Source of the DNA: Promethearchaeota archaeon
GTDB lineage: Archaea; Asgardarchaeota; Lokiarchaeia; Sigyniarchaeales; SOKP01
DNA: 64,000 bases
NCBI GenBank assembly: GCA_019057865.1
Contig: JAHLWP010000010.1
Span: 18,163 to 82,162, forward strand
Reading direction: 5' to 3'
Part shown: one piece after another, positions 1 through 8,988 of the stretch
Layout of the letters: the number at the start of each line of letters is the position of its first letter
Numbering within the stretch: the first letter of the stretch is position 1
The notes under the pieces: generated by a model
Seen by the model: the letters and a program-made list of their open reading frames with translations, nothing else
Database searches by the model: none
What the model was told of the DNA's origin: nothing
Translations under genes and position numbers: made by a program

Positions 1-84
1 TAGAAGTTTTTCTTGAAAATTGTAATATGATAATTAAGAAACAATTACAAGTAAGGGCTAATTAATTTAGCAAGTTAAATATAG

Positions 85-1389
85 TTAAACTTTATAAACT
101 TCCCCTATCTCTGGAGCAACTGAGTTATACCCTTTTTTTGCTAACTCACTTGCAAAACTTGTAGTTGATCTATTATCACCATGAACACAGAAAATATCAT
201 TTGAGTTATCATAAAAATTTAAATTGTCTATATAATCATAAAGATGCAGATTATCAGCATGACTTGAAAAATCAAAATAATCACATTCACATTTAGCTCT
301 TATTTTTATATTATCAATTGTATGTTTCTTGAGTCCTCGTTCGCTAAATTCAAAAATACCATTTTCTAAAAGTCCTCTTCCAGGAGATCCTTCTACTTGA
401 TATCCAACTAAATAAACAGCAGAGGATGGATCTGTTAATATTGTTTGAATATACTCAATTGCCGCACCTCCTTTAAGCATACCTGAAGGAGTAATTATGA
501 CTCCATTTGAATTTTTTGCGATATTTCGACCCTTCCTTCTCATAACAAATTTGGCTTTTTCTAAAGCATTTTTAAAGATTCCTTGACTCCTAATAGACTC
601 TGGGTAATCTAGATATACCCTAGACACTTTTCTTGCTAAACCATCTATAAAAATCTTACCTGAATAATTGTATTTATCTAAAATTAAAAGAGCTTCTTGG
701 GAACGAGCCACTCCAAAAGCAGGAATTAAAACACTACCTCCATTTTCAGTAATATCAGTTGTTTTCTCTACAAAATTTTTCTCGAGTTGATCCCTATCAG
801 GATGCTCTTTAAGTGAATAAGTTGATTCAATAATTAATGCATCTAATTTAGGAATATCTAAAGAATTCGCGGGGTTAATTAAGTTCGTTAGTTGAGTATT
901 AATATCTCCTGAATAGAGAATTTTTTTGTTATCTACTTCTATAAGAATAGAAACACTTCCAGGTATATGTCCTGCATTAATAAACGTTATGAAAAAATTA
1001 TCTTTAATTTTATGGCGAACTTTATTTTTAAGAAAATTTGCATTCTGTTTTACTTTTTCCAATTCCCTAAAACCAAATGGATATGGAAAATCAGATATTT
1101 TTATCATATCTCTAATAAGAACTTCTACTATTGCTAGTGATACTGGATTAGTAAAGAATGGCCCTTCATAGGCTTTATATAAGAATGGTAAAGCTCCAGA
1201 ATGGTCAATATGACTATGTGTTAATGCAACTGCTTTTAGATTGCTTAAATTAGTATCATAAGGTAGTCTGTTTTCATTCTTAAATCTAATACCATAGTCT
1301 AAGATACATTTAGCTCCGCTCTTAGATTCTATTAAAATAGCTGAGCGACCAACTTCCCTACATCCCCCTAGAAAAGAAATAGAAACCAT
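85..1389 (-). CDS. beta-CASP metallo-beta-lactamase-fold ribonuclease (archaeal CPSF-like, no KH domains)
   Basis: HSHIDHSG (HxHxDH) motif near the N-terminus and a C-terminal 'DFSSHAD' beta-CASP motif-C-like histidine. The 434 aa length fits the short aCPSF group. Confidence 0.85.
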   Translation of the reverse strand: MVSISFLGGCREVGRSAILIESKSGAKCILDYGIRFKNENRLPYDTNLSNLKAVALTHSHIDHSGALPFLYKAYEGPFFTNPVSLAIVEVLIRDMIKISDFPYPFGFRELEKVKQNANFLKNKVRHKIKDNFFITFINAGHIPGSVSILIEVDNKKILYSGDINTQLTNLINPANSLDIPKLDALIIESTYSLKEHPDRDQLEKNFVEKTTDITENGGSVLIPAFGVARSQEALLILDKYNYSGKIFIDGLARKVSRVYLDYPESIRSQGIFKNALEKAKFVMRRKGRNIAKNSNGVIITPSGMLKGGAAIEYIQTILTDPSSAVYLVGYQVEGSPGRGLLENGIFEFSERGLKKHTIDNIKIRAKCECDYFDFSSHADNLHLYDYIDNLNFYDNSNDIFCVHGDNRSTTSFASELAKKGYNSVAPEIGEVYKV

Positions 1390-1556
1390 TTTCGAAATTC
1401 TCTAGACTATTTTATGCTTCAAAGCATTACTTATATAGTGTAAACAAATAAAAGATAATAATTTTATCAAAATTTAAAATAAAAAGAATAAAATAATTAT
1501 CAAAATATCTTTTTTATTTTTTTTTGTTCCAAAAAATTTAATAAATAATTGATAAA

Positions 1557-2318
1557 TTATCTTATTTTTCTTATAGTATTAGTTAATAATGCTATAACAT
1601 TGTTAACATTTTTGCCAAAGATTTCTAATATTTCTTCCCAAGTAACGGGTGCTTCATCCTCTTTCCAGCAGTCATAATCTGTAGACATAGCAACAGCAGC
1701 ATATGGGATACCTGCTTCGTTTGCTAAAATTGTTTCAGGTGCTATGCTCATATTTACCACATCTGCACCCCATATCCGAAACATATTTGATTCTGCTCTT
1801 GTAGAAAACCTTGGACCTTCAATTGTAACAACAGTTCCTGTTTCATGATATTTAAGATTCAGTTCTTTTGCAGTTTCAATAAGAATTTTTCTTAACTCTT
1901 CTGAATAAGGATCAGCCATTGGGGTATGCTTCATATCTCCAGGGGCAAATTCTTCAAAAAAAGATATTTTCCTGAGTCGAGTGAAGTCTATAAATTGGTC
2001 AAGAATAACGAGATCCCCTCTATCTATATTCTCTCTCAAGCTCCCGCAAGCAGTTGTAGCAAGGATATGAGAACAACCTTGATCTTTTAATGCTTGTATG
2101 TTTGCTCTATAATTTACTTGCGTTGGAGGAATTATATGCTCTCTTCCGTGTCGCGCTATGAGTACTACATCAACATCGTTGATTTTTCCTAATTTTAAAG
2201 GAGAAGTAGGTTTTCCATATGGTGTATCAACATTTATATCTTTAGCATCCTTTAAAATTTCCGGATTATCTAATCCTGAACCACCAATTATACCTATTTT
2301 TACCATAATATTCAACAA
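1557..2318 (-). CDS. mtnP: S-methyl-5'-thioadenosine phosphorylase (purine nucleoside phosphorylase family 2)
   Basis: N-terminal 'KIGIIGGSGL' phosphate loop, 'ARHGR.H..PP..VNYRANI' and 'GADVVNMS' blocks typical of MTAP. The true start may be the internal MVKIG a few codons in. Confidence 0.85.
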   Translation of the reverse strand: MLNIMVKIGIIGGSGLDNPEILKDAKDINVDTPYGKPTSPLKLGKINDVDVVLIARHGREHIIPPTQVNYRANIQALKDQGCSHILATTACGSLRENIDRGDLVILDQFIDFTRLRKISFFEEFAPGDMKHTPMADPYSEELRKILIETAKELNLKYHETGTVVTIEGPRFSTRAESNMFRIWGADVVNMSIAPETILANEAGIPYAAVAMSTDYDCWKEDEAPVTWEEILEIFGKNVNNVIALLTNTIRKIR

Positions 2319-2458
2319 TATAGAGTTTTTAATTTATAAAATTTAAAATTTAATAAATTGTTTTTTAAAAAACTTACCCACTACTGCTAAATTCTATAAA
2401 GTTTTAACACAATATGGATTAGTGTAAAATATATTTCTAAAATTTAATTTATTGCCTT

Positions 2459-3457
2459 ATGCCAAAAAACAAAGTCCTCGTACTTGGATCGTTAGCTTTT
2501 GATTATATTATGAGTTTTAAAGAGAATTTTATTAGCGCTGTGTCGATTGACCATGATAAGGAAGAATATCAAAGTACCGTTACCGCAGATAGTCGTCATC
2601 AATTTTTTGGTGGAACGGCAGGCAATATTGCTTATAATCTAGGACTACTAAGTATAGCTAAAGTTTCTATATTAGGGTCAGTAGGGAATGATTTTGAGAC
2701 ATTGGGATATAAGGATCATATAAAAAAGTTTAAAAATGTAGATTTAAGAGTTGATGTCTATGATAATCTTTTTACAGCGGCTTGTTTCATAGTTAATGAC
2801 ATTAAATCAAATCAAATGATTATTTTTCATGGTGGTGCTTTAGATAGGTGTAAAGATATAGATTTAAGAGAAAAAATATCAAACCCAGAAGAGTTCGTTT
2901 ATGCAATAAACTCAACACAAAGCGTAGAAGCTATGACTAATTTTGCCGCTCAATTGAATGACTTACAAATACCCTCTATATTTGATCCTGGTCAAGTTAC
3001 ACCTCTTTTTCAGAGAGAAAATTTAATTGATATACTCAAAAGATCAGATATATTAATTGGTAACAATCATGAGACAAGACAAATTAAAGAGAGATCCGGA
3101 TTAGCTGAAGAGTCTATTCTCGAACATGTTAAGGCATTAATTATCACAAAAGGATCTGAAGGTTCTGAATTAATATATAGAGATGAAAATAATAAAATAT
3201 ATAAGATTAATATCCCGATTGCAACTCCTATGAAAATTGAAGATACCACTGGGGCAGGAGATGGATACCGTGCTGGAATACTTACGGGATTAGTGCTGAA
3301 CATGACCATATTAGATTCTTGTAGATTAGGAGCTATTATCGGCTCCTTTGTGGTTGAAACTACAGGAGCTCAAACACAAATCTTTAATATTGAACAAGTT
3401 AGAAAACGATTTTTTAATACATTTGGCTATACCCCTGCTGAATTAGAAAATATATAA
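2459..3457 (+). CDS. PfkB-family carbohydrate/nucleoside kinase
   Basis: 'GGTAGNIAYNL' N-terminal sugar-binding signature and C-terminal 'DTTGAGDGYRAG' PfkB ATP/anion-hole motif. Confidence 0.8.
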   Translation: MPKNKVLVLGSLAFDYIMSFKENFISAVSIDHDKEEYQSTVTADSRHQFFGGTAGNIAYNLGLLSIAKVSILGSVGNDFETLGYKDHIKKFKNVDLRVDVYDNLFTAACFIVNDIKSNQMIIFHGGALDRCKDIDLREKISNPEEFVYAINSTQSVEAMTNFAAQLNDLQIPSIFDPGQVTPLFQRENLIDILKRSDILIGNNHETRQIKERSGLAEESILEHVKALIITKGSEGSELIYRDENNKIYKINIPIATPMKIEDTTGAGDGYRAGILTGLVLNMTILDSCRLGAIIGSFVVETTGAQTQIFNIEQVRKRFFNTFGYTPAELENI

Positions 3458-3509
3458 AAAAAAAGATTAGTCATTGATTTTAAAAAATCTTGATTTCATA
3501 ATAAAGGAT

Positions 3510-4037
3510 TTATTCTTCAACGGGGATTTTAATTAGAGAAAGAATATCATAACCTTCTAATTTATCTCTACCATGTAAACTGCCAGTAAGTTCAATAACA
3601 AAAGCAACTCCAATGACTTGTCCTCCCGCTTTTTCCACTAAACTACATGCTGCTTTAGCAGTACCACCTGTTGCTAATAAATCATCAAAAACTAAAACTT
3701 TTTCACCTCTCTCAATTGCATCCTTGTGCATCTCAATTGTATCTGTCCCATATTCAAGCTCATATTTTTCGCTTAATGTCTCTGCGGGCAATTTACCAGG
3801 CTTTCTCATTAATACAAATCCAGCACCTAATTGATATGCTAGAACCCCTCCCCAAACATATCCACGTGCTTCAATAGCAACAACTTTAGTTATCCCTTTA
3901 TTCTTGAAATATTCTATTATTCTATTGCATGATTCTTTGAAGGGAGCATGTACTTTACACAATGTTGTAACGTCTTTGAATTGTATACCTGGTTTTGGGA
4001 AGCCTGGTACATTACGAATAAATTCTTCCAAGTTCAT
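3510..4037 (-). CDS. apt: adenine phosphoribosyltransferase
   Basis: 175 aa. 'FPKPGIQFKDVTTL' and the PRPP loop 'VLVFDDLLATGGTA' are classic APRT motifs. Confidence 0.9.
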   Translation of the reverse strand: MNLEEFIRNVPGFPKPGIQFKDVTTLCKVHAPFKESCNRIIEYFKNKGITKVVAIEARGYVWGGVLAYQLGAGFVLMRKPGKLPAETLSEKYELEYGTDTIEMHKDAIERGEKVLVFDDLLATGGTAKAACSLVEKAGGQVIGVAFVIELTGSLHGRDKLEGYDILSLIKIPVEE

Positions 4038-4240
4038 TTATATCAATTCCAATTTAAATTTATTTTTTATTTTAGTTAATTTAAAATCATATTTAATTGA
4101 ATTGAATCGTCATAAGATCAATCCCCTTTAAAACAGAATATATCTTTTAATTAATTAGAAAAAATTAAATAACGATTAAAGTATAAAAAATATATTAGAA
4201 CTGTAATTAAAATTAATTTAAATTCAAAAAGAGAATCCCC

Positions 4241-5188
4241 ATGAAAATACTGCTTTTTGGTCCTGCAGGTGCAGGGAAAACCAGTCTAATGAGAACTACT
4301 TGCTTAGGATATAATTTTATGAAGATTTTAAATTTAAAACCTACTAAAGGTGTTTCAAGAGAAAATTTTATCTTTCGGGGTATAATGGAACTTAATGTCT
4401 GGGATCTAGGAGGACAAGAACGGTATATGGAGCGGTACTTTTCTGAATCCCAAAGAGAGCGTATATTTTCAGAATCTACAACAGCGGTCTTCATGGTTGA
4501 TTCTGTGGTAATTGATCCAAATGTTCGAGAAATTTTCGATAATTTTTTAAAATATCTACTTGAATTCTCTCCCAATATTGAGAACATTTATGTATTATTA
4601 AATAAAATAGATTTACCAGAATCAAGAGAAGATGATTTTTTTAAGGTTCTATCTAATGAGTTAAATGGGGATTTTATGAAGAAACTCGCTTTTACGCCAG
4701 TATCAGTAAAAGAAGGCAGTGCGCAACACAGATTAATTGAAATATTAGATTATGAAATCCAGAAGAATACATTATCAATGCAACGTTTAGGAAAGATACG
4801 ACATTTACTTGATCAGTTAAAAACCAATACATTATCTGAGTATCTTTTATTTAATCAACCTGATGGATTAATAATTGCCTCTACTTTTGGAAAACTTGAT
4901 CTAAAGCCCCTACAGTTCATGAAATTTGAAATCGGAACTTTAGATTCGAATATTTATAACATTTATCAGCAAGTTATGGAGTTACAAAATATATCTAATT
5001 ATTCTGCTTTATCTTTATCTACTATTGTTTATGAATCTGATAATTGTTATATCTTAGTGAAAGAGGTGAGCAATGGAGCAGTTTTAATGGCAATTACGAA
5101 AAATAGGCAACCAGAAGTCTTCTCTGGTGTAATGAATGCGTTGAGTGGAGAAGAATTTGAGAATTTAAAGGAATTCTTAATTACTTAA
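4241..5188 (+). CDS. Rag/Gtr-like small GTPase with C-terminal roadblock/longin-like domain
   Basis: G1 'GPAGAGKTS', G3 'WDLGGQE', G4 'LNKID'. 'QERYMERYFSESQRERIFSESTTAVFMVDS' closely mirrors the RagA/Gtr1 block after switch II. About 150 aa alpha/beta C-terminal extension. Confidence 0.75.
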   Translation: MKILLFGPAGAGKTSLMRTTCLGYNFMKILNLKPTKGVSRENFIFRGIMELNVWDLGGQERYMERYFSESQRERIFSESTTAVFMVDSVVIDPNVREIFDNFLKYLLEFSPNIENIYVLLNKIDLPESREDDFFKVLSNELNGDFMKKLAFTPVSVKEGSAQHRLIEILDYEIQKNTLSMQRLGKIRHLLDQLKTNTLSEYLLFNQPDGLIIASTFGKLDLKPLQFMKFEIGTLDSNIYNIYQQVMELQNISNYSALSLSTIVYESDNCYILVKEVSNGAVLMAITKNRQPEVFSGVMNALSGEEFENLKEFLIT

Positions 5189-5303
5189 ACATAGTTATTT
5201 TATTCTATTTTTTTGTTGAATTATAGGTTTTTATATAATCTATTCTTGAGATTAGAATTAGCAAAATAAAAAAATAAATTTTAGAAGAAATGTTGATAAT
5301 AAT

Positions 5304-6158
5304 TTATTGTTCTTTCTCGTGAAGCCCCCTTTTTGTTAAGAAGTGCTGTTTAGTATGATGAGGTCTTCTTAAAACTGAATCATTATATTTTTCTATTTCT
5401 CGCGCGTCATCGCACATGAGTGCTGCTGTTCTCATCATTTCATGGGCAGTTGCTAGTAATGGTATATATTCAGATCTCTCTTTGAGTACAAAACAAGCTT
5501 TTCCTGTAATTATTGAAACTGAAGCAGACAATTCAAAAGCAGCTATAGCTTTAGCTTCTGCATATGGGTTAGAAAATTTAGCAGCCTTTATAGCAGTTGT
5601 GGCATCAATGATAATCTGTGGTAAAATTGGTGTTTTACCTTCTAGCATATCTAGAATTACTTTATTTAACTCTTCAGCAATAACCTGAAGAGCGCCAGTT
5701 ATTGCCAGCACTTTTAATAAATCTGCATTGAAGCAACTCATTTCAATAGGATCTAAAAATGGTCTCCTCGCACCAATCATACAATCACAATTCACAAGAA
5801 TATACCCCATTCCCTTCTCTTGAATTTCTTCTACGGCTTTCTTAGCTGGAGCGTCTGAGATTATAATCGTAGGTATCCCGGCTTCTTTAGCCACATCTCT
5901 AGCCTCTTTAGGACCTTTAAGTGCGGCATTCGGGCTTGACATTAAAATCAATTCTGGCTCCCATTTTAATAAGTCCTTCATAGTTTCGGTGCACAATTCT
6001 GGTGGATGCATTTTGGCTCCAGAGGTTATCTCATAAACATTGATTCTGGTAGCTTCAGCTCTTTCATCCATTAAGAAAGCTAGTAATAAAGACGAACCAA
6101 TTGTTCCATTCTTCAAAATTCCTATTTTAAGAATCTTATCTTCGCTCATTTTAATCAA
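5304..6158 (-). CDS. mtd: F420-dependent methylene-tetrahydromethanopterin dehydrogenase
   Basis: Collinear similarity to methanogen Mtd as I recall it: 'KIGILKNGTIGSS', 'DERA', 'GAKM.P', 'GARR.FLDP.EM..FN.D..KVLA.TGA', 'NPYA.AKA.AA.E', 'YIP..A.AHEM'. Confidence 0.85.
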   Translation of the reverse strand: MIKMSEDKILKIGILKNGTIGSSLLLAFLMDERAEATRINVYEITSGAKMHPPELCTETMKDLLKWEPELILMSSPNAALKGPKEARDVAKEAGIPTIIISDAPAKKAVEEIQEKGMGYILVNCDCMIGARRPFLDPIEMSCFNADLLKVLAITGALQVIAEELNKVILDMLEGKTPILPQIIIDATTAIKAAKFSNPYAEAKAIAAFELSASVSIITGKACFVLKERSEYIPLLATAHEMMRTAALMCDDAREIEKYNDSVLRRPHHTKQHFLTKRGLHEKEQ

Positions 6159-6308
6159 TTAAATTTGTAATTTCAGAATTTTAATTATAATTACTATTTA
6201 TCTCTAACAATTTTTCAATGTTATTAATTTTGCTTTAAAATTTTATATAAAATAGATGTCTAATTTAATAATGACTAAAATTAATTAAAACTAAAAAAGT
6301 TGTAAAAA

Positions 6309-7232
6309 ATGGAATTAAATGGAGTAGAAATTGAAGATACCTATTGTGAAGCATTTGGAGGCTTCTTTACAAGAATTTTAGTAACTGCTAAAAATGAAAA
6401 ATGGGTTAAAATTGCAGCTCAAGAAGCAACGGGTTATGGTACATCAGGGATTGGTTGCGACGCAGAGGCGGGAATAGATGTATTAGTACCTGCCGAGAAA
6501 ACACCCGATAATCGTCCTGGAGTTGCGATGATGTTTTTTATTAAGAAAAAGGATAAAGTTAGTAATGTAATGATGCACCGTGTAGGGCAATGCATTTTAA
6601 CATGTCCAACCACAGCTTGTTTTGATGCAATAGGTGGTTCTTTAGAACCAGAAAAGGAATTCGAGGTAAAAACAGGTTATTTCCTTAAATTTTTTGGAGA
6701 TAAGTATGAAGAAAAGCTTGAAGACGTTTTTCCATTTCCCGCATGGAAAATTCCTATTATGGGAGGAGAATTTATCATTCAGAGTTCTTTTAAAGTTGGG
6801 AAAGGAATAGCTGGTGGAAATTTCTTAATAATCGGAAAAGATCAAGATTCTACATTAGAAGCAGCAGAGAAAGCGATTGAGGCTATAAAGGATGTAGAAA
6901 ATGTTATTGCTCCTTTTCCAGGGGGAATTGTGCCCTCGGGATCAAAAGTTGGGACCCAATATAAAAACATTCCGGGACTTTTCGCAAGCACTAACCATGC
7001 TTATTGTCCAACTTTAAGAACCAAAGTAGAAGATACTCAACTAAGAGAAGGAGATGGGGCAGTTTTTGAAATTGTTTTAGATGGAGCTACTGAAGATTCT
7101 GTAAAAAAAGCATTAAAACTAGGAATCGAGGCTGCTGTAAAAGTTACAGGAGTAAATAGAATCTCAGCAGGCAATTATGGTGGTAAACTGGGAAGATTTC
7201 ATTATAGGCTTTATGAACTTGGTTTAGAATAA
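6309..7232 (+). CDS. ftr: formylmethanofuran--tetrahydromethanopterin N-formyltransferase
   Basis: 'MELNGVEIEDTYCEAF', 'ATGYGTS', 'WKIPIMGGEFII..SF', 'GIAGGNF', 'PFPGGIV.SGSKVG', 'STN.AYCPT' and 'ISAGNYGGKLG' all match the Ftr family pattern. Confidence 0.9.
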   Translation: MELNGVEIEDTYCEAFGGFFTRILVTAKNEKWVKIAAQEATGYGTSGIGCDAEAGIDVLVPAEKTPDNRPGVAMMFFIKKKDKVSNVMMHRVGQCILTCPTTACFDAIGGSLEPEKEFEVKTGYFLKFFGDKYEEKLEDVFPFPAWKIPIMGGEFIIQSSFKVGKGIAGGNFLIIGKDQDSTLEAAEKAIEAIKDVENVIAPFPGGIVPSGSKVGTQYKNIPGLFASTNHAYCPTLRTKVEDTQLREGDGAVFEIVLDGATEDSVKKALKLGIEAAVKVTGVNRISAGNYGGKLGRFHYRLYELGLE

Positions 7233-7271
7233 GACAAAAGAAGTTAAAGATTAGTAAAAATATTTTTTCCT

Positions 7272-8981
7272 TTATTTTAATTTTCTTTTTATTTTACGAA
7301 AAGGAGTTTTCTGTTTTTCTTCTTCCTCTTTAGGAGGTTCTTTCTCCACTTCTTTAACAGGTTCTTCTTTTTTCGGTTTTATAACTTTTTTTTCTGTTTT
7401 TTTGATAGATTTAAGAGGTTCTTTTTTCTTTGGAGTTACTTTTTGTGCGCCTAATAAACTTGACTTTACCAGTTTGTAGGATCCACCTATCCCTGCTAAT
7501 ATACCAAAAATTAATCCAACAAAAAATGTCACCCATGGTAAAATACCAGAAAATACATCAGTAATAATTCTTATTTCTTGAGGTGCTAAATTATAATCAT
7601 CGATAAGGCTTGTCGTTTCCCAATCGGTATCAGTAACATAAATATAAACATACCATGTTCCTTTTACTAATTCAGCGGTTCTAATACTAATTCGCATGTT
7701 TTCTCCTGTATAAGCTCTAGTAATATTATACCAATCATTATTTTTATCAATAAGGGCAACAGTTATATAAGCAATTCCTTCTACATCTGATACATTAAAT
7801 GTAAAAGTTAAATCATCTCCATATAGTACTGATACACTCTCATCCATTGAATAATCATTTATTTTATAACTATGAATTTCAGGAGGATTATTTTCTACAG
7901 TCAAAAAAGTTGAATAAGAACCAACTCCATTATCAAGATCTTTTACTGTAAAATTTACTCTATATTTTCCTATTGGTCTATCCGCTGGAATAGAAAAACT
8001 TTTAGAAAATAAATTTCCTTCTTCATGATCAATACTTACACTAATCTTATCACCATTAGGATCCTCTAATTCCATTTTAACAATAAGTTCTGTTGGTATA
8101 TTTTCTATATCTGTCACATTTAATGAAATATCGCATGATTCAGTTCTCGGGACCTCTTCTAAAGAGAAATTAATTGATGAACTTATTATATGAGGGAGTG
8201 AATTCAATACATCAAAAGGAAAGTACGTAGGATATAGTTTTCCAGTACCAACATCTGATATATTAACTTTTACATAATAATTTTTATCTACTTGATCGAA
8301 TGTGTCGTTTTCAATTATAAAAGAAAATTGAAAAAGGTTGTTTTCAAGATTAAATAAATTTATCTGCGTTGCTTCATTTACACTATCAACAATAGTAATA
8401 TTCCAATCAAATTGGTAAGTTTTAAAGTCATTCAAAGTCAATTCAGCAGATAATGTGTCTTCTATATAATATCCAGAGCTATTAAAATTAAGCATATAAT
8501 TTGTTTTAATTGTAAAATTTTTATATGTTGTATGGGCATTCAATAGATTCCAAGTTGAATTATAAAGCAGAAAACTAACATTTTGGACTCCTAATGGTGC
8601 ATTATATTCTGGTCGGTAGTAATATACATATTCTTTAACTCCAATCCCTTCGGTCATATTATAAGTTCTTACTGATCCATTTGTAAAGGAAATTTCCATT
8701 ACGGAGCTAGTAACATTAAGAAAAAGAAAGCTTGGGGCATAAAGGGTAATATTAATAGATTCAAATAATCGATAAATTTCGGTCTCATTTAGAGTAATAT
8801 AATCTTCTTCAGGTATTGGATCTCCAACATCAGCAGATTCAATTAAATCCTTATTTTCTTCATTTTGAGTTTGAAAATAATCATTTTGTAAATTAAATAC
8901 AAAGAATGGCAAAAAATAAAATGTAAGACTTGATAACGCTAGAAATATTAAAACTAAGCTGAGACATTGTATCTTTTTCAC
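7272..8981 (-). CDS. type-I-anchored surface protein, beta-rich repeats, Lys/Glu-rich cytoplasmic tail
   Basis: N-terminal hydrophobic signal/anchor and a C-terminal TM (ILPWVTFFVGLIFGILAGIGG) followed by a KKKEP/KEEP tail. At least 17 N-x-S/T sequons. Confidence 0.6.
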   Translation of the reverse strand: MKKIQCLSLVLIFLALSSLTFYFLPFFVFNLQNDYFQTQNEENKDLIESADVGDPIPEEDYITLNETEIYRLFESINITLYAPSFLFLNVTSSVMEISFTNGSVRTYNMTEGIGVKEYVYYYRPEYNAPLGVQNVSFLLYNSTWNLLNAHTTYKNFTIKTNYMLNFNSSGYYIEDTLSAELTLNDFKTYQFDWNITIVDSVNEATQINLFNLENNLFQFSFIIENDTFDQVDKNYYVKVNISDVGTGKLYPTYFPFDVLNSLPHIISSSINFSLEEVPRTESCDISLNVTDIENIPTELIVKMELEDPNGDKISVSIDHEEGNLFSKSFSIPADRPIGKYRVNFTVKDLDNGVGSYSTFLTVENNPPEIHSYKINDYSMDESVSVLYGDDLTFTFNVSDVEGIAYITVALIDKNNDWYNITRAYTGENMRISIRTAELVKGTWYVYIYVTDTDWETTSLIDDYNLAPQEIRIITDVFSGILPWVTFFVGLIFGILAGIGGSYKLVKSSLLGAQKVTPKKKEPLKSIKKTEKKVIKPKKEEPVKEVEKEPPKEEEEKQKTPFRKIKRKLK

Positions 8982-8988
8982 TCTTAGG

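Noticed and set aside
926-1171. Many 60-135-aa track ORFs lie antisense to or inside longer genes. Examples: 926..1171, 2158..2346, 3067..3309, 3613..3877, 4213..4587, 5416..5688, 10008..10220, 11048..11272, 12145..12402, 14825..15034, 19614..20087, 22140..22481, 22734..22964, 29390..29581, 31090..31284, 31872..32349, 37031..37228, 37462..38087, 39252..39524, 41451..41660, 42018..42740, 43532..43951, 44717..44902, 48071..48325, 49702..49917, 50699..51894, 58907..59173, 62596..62905 and 63136..63318.
   Set aside because: Each overlaps a longer ORF that has clear family motifs on the other strand or frame. Their translations are low-complexity (S/L/I/F-rich), as expected from antisense reading of AT-rich coding DNA. 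None shows a recognisable motif.
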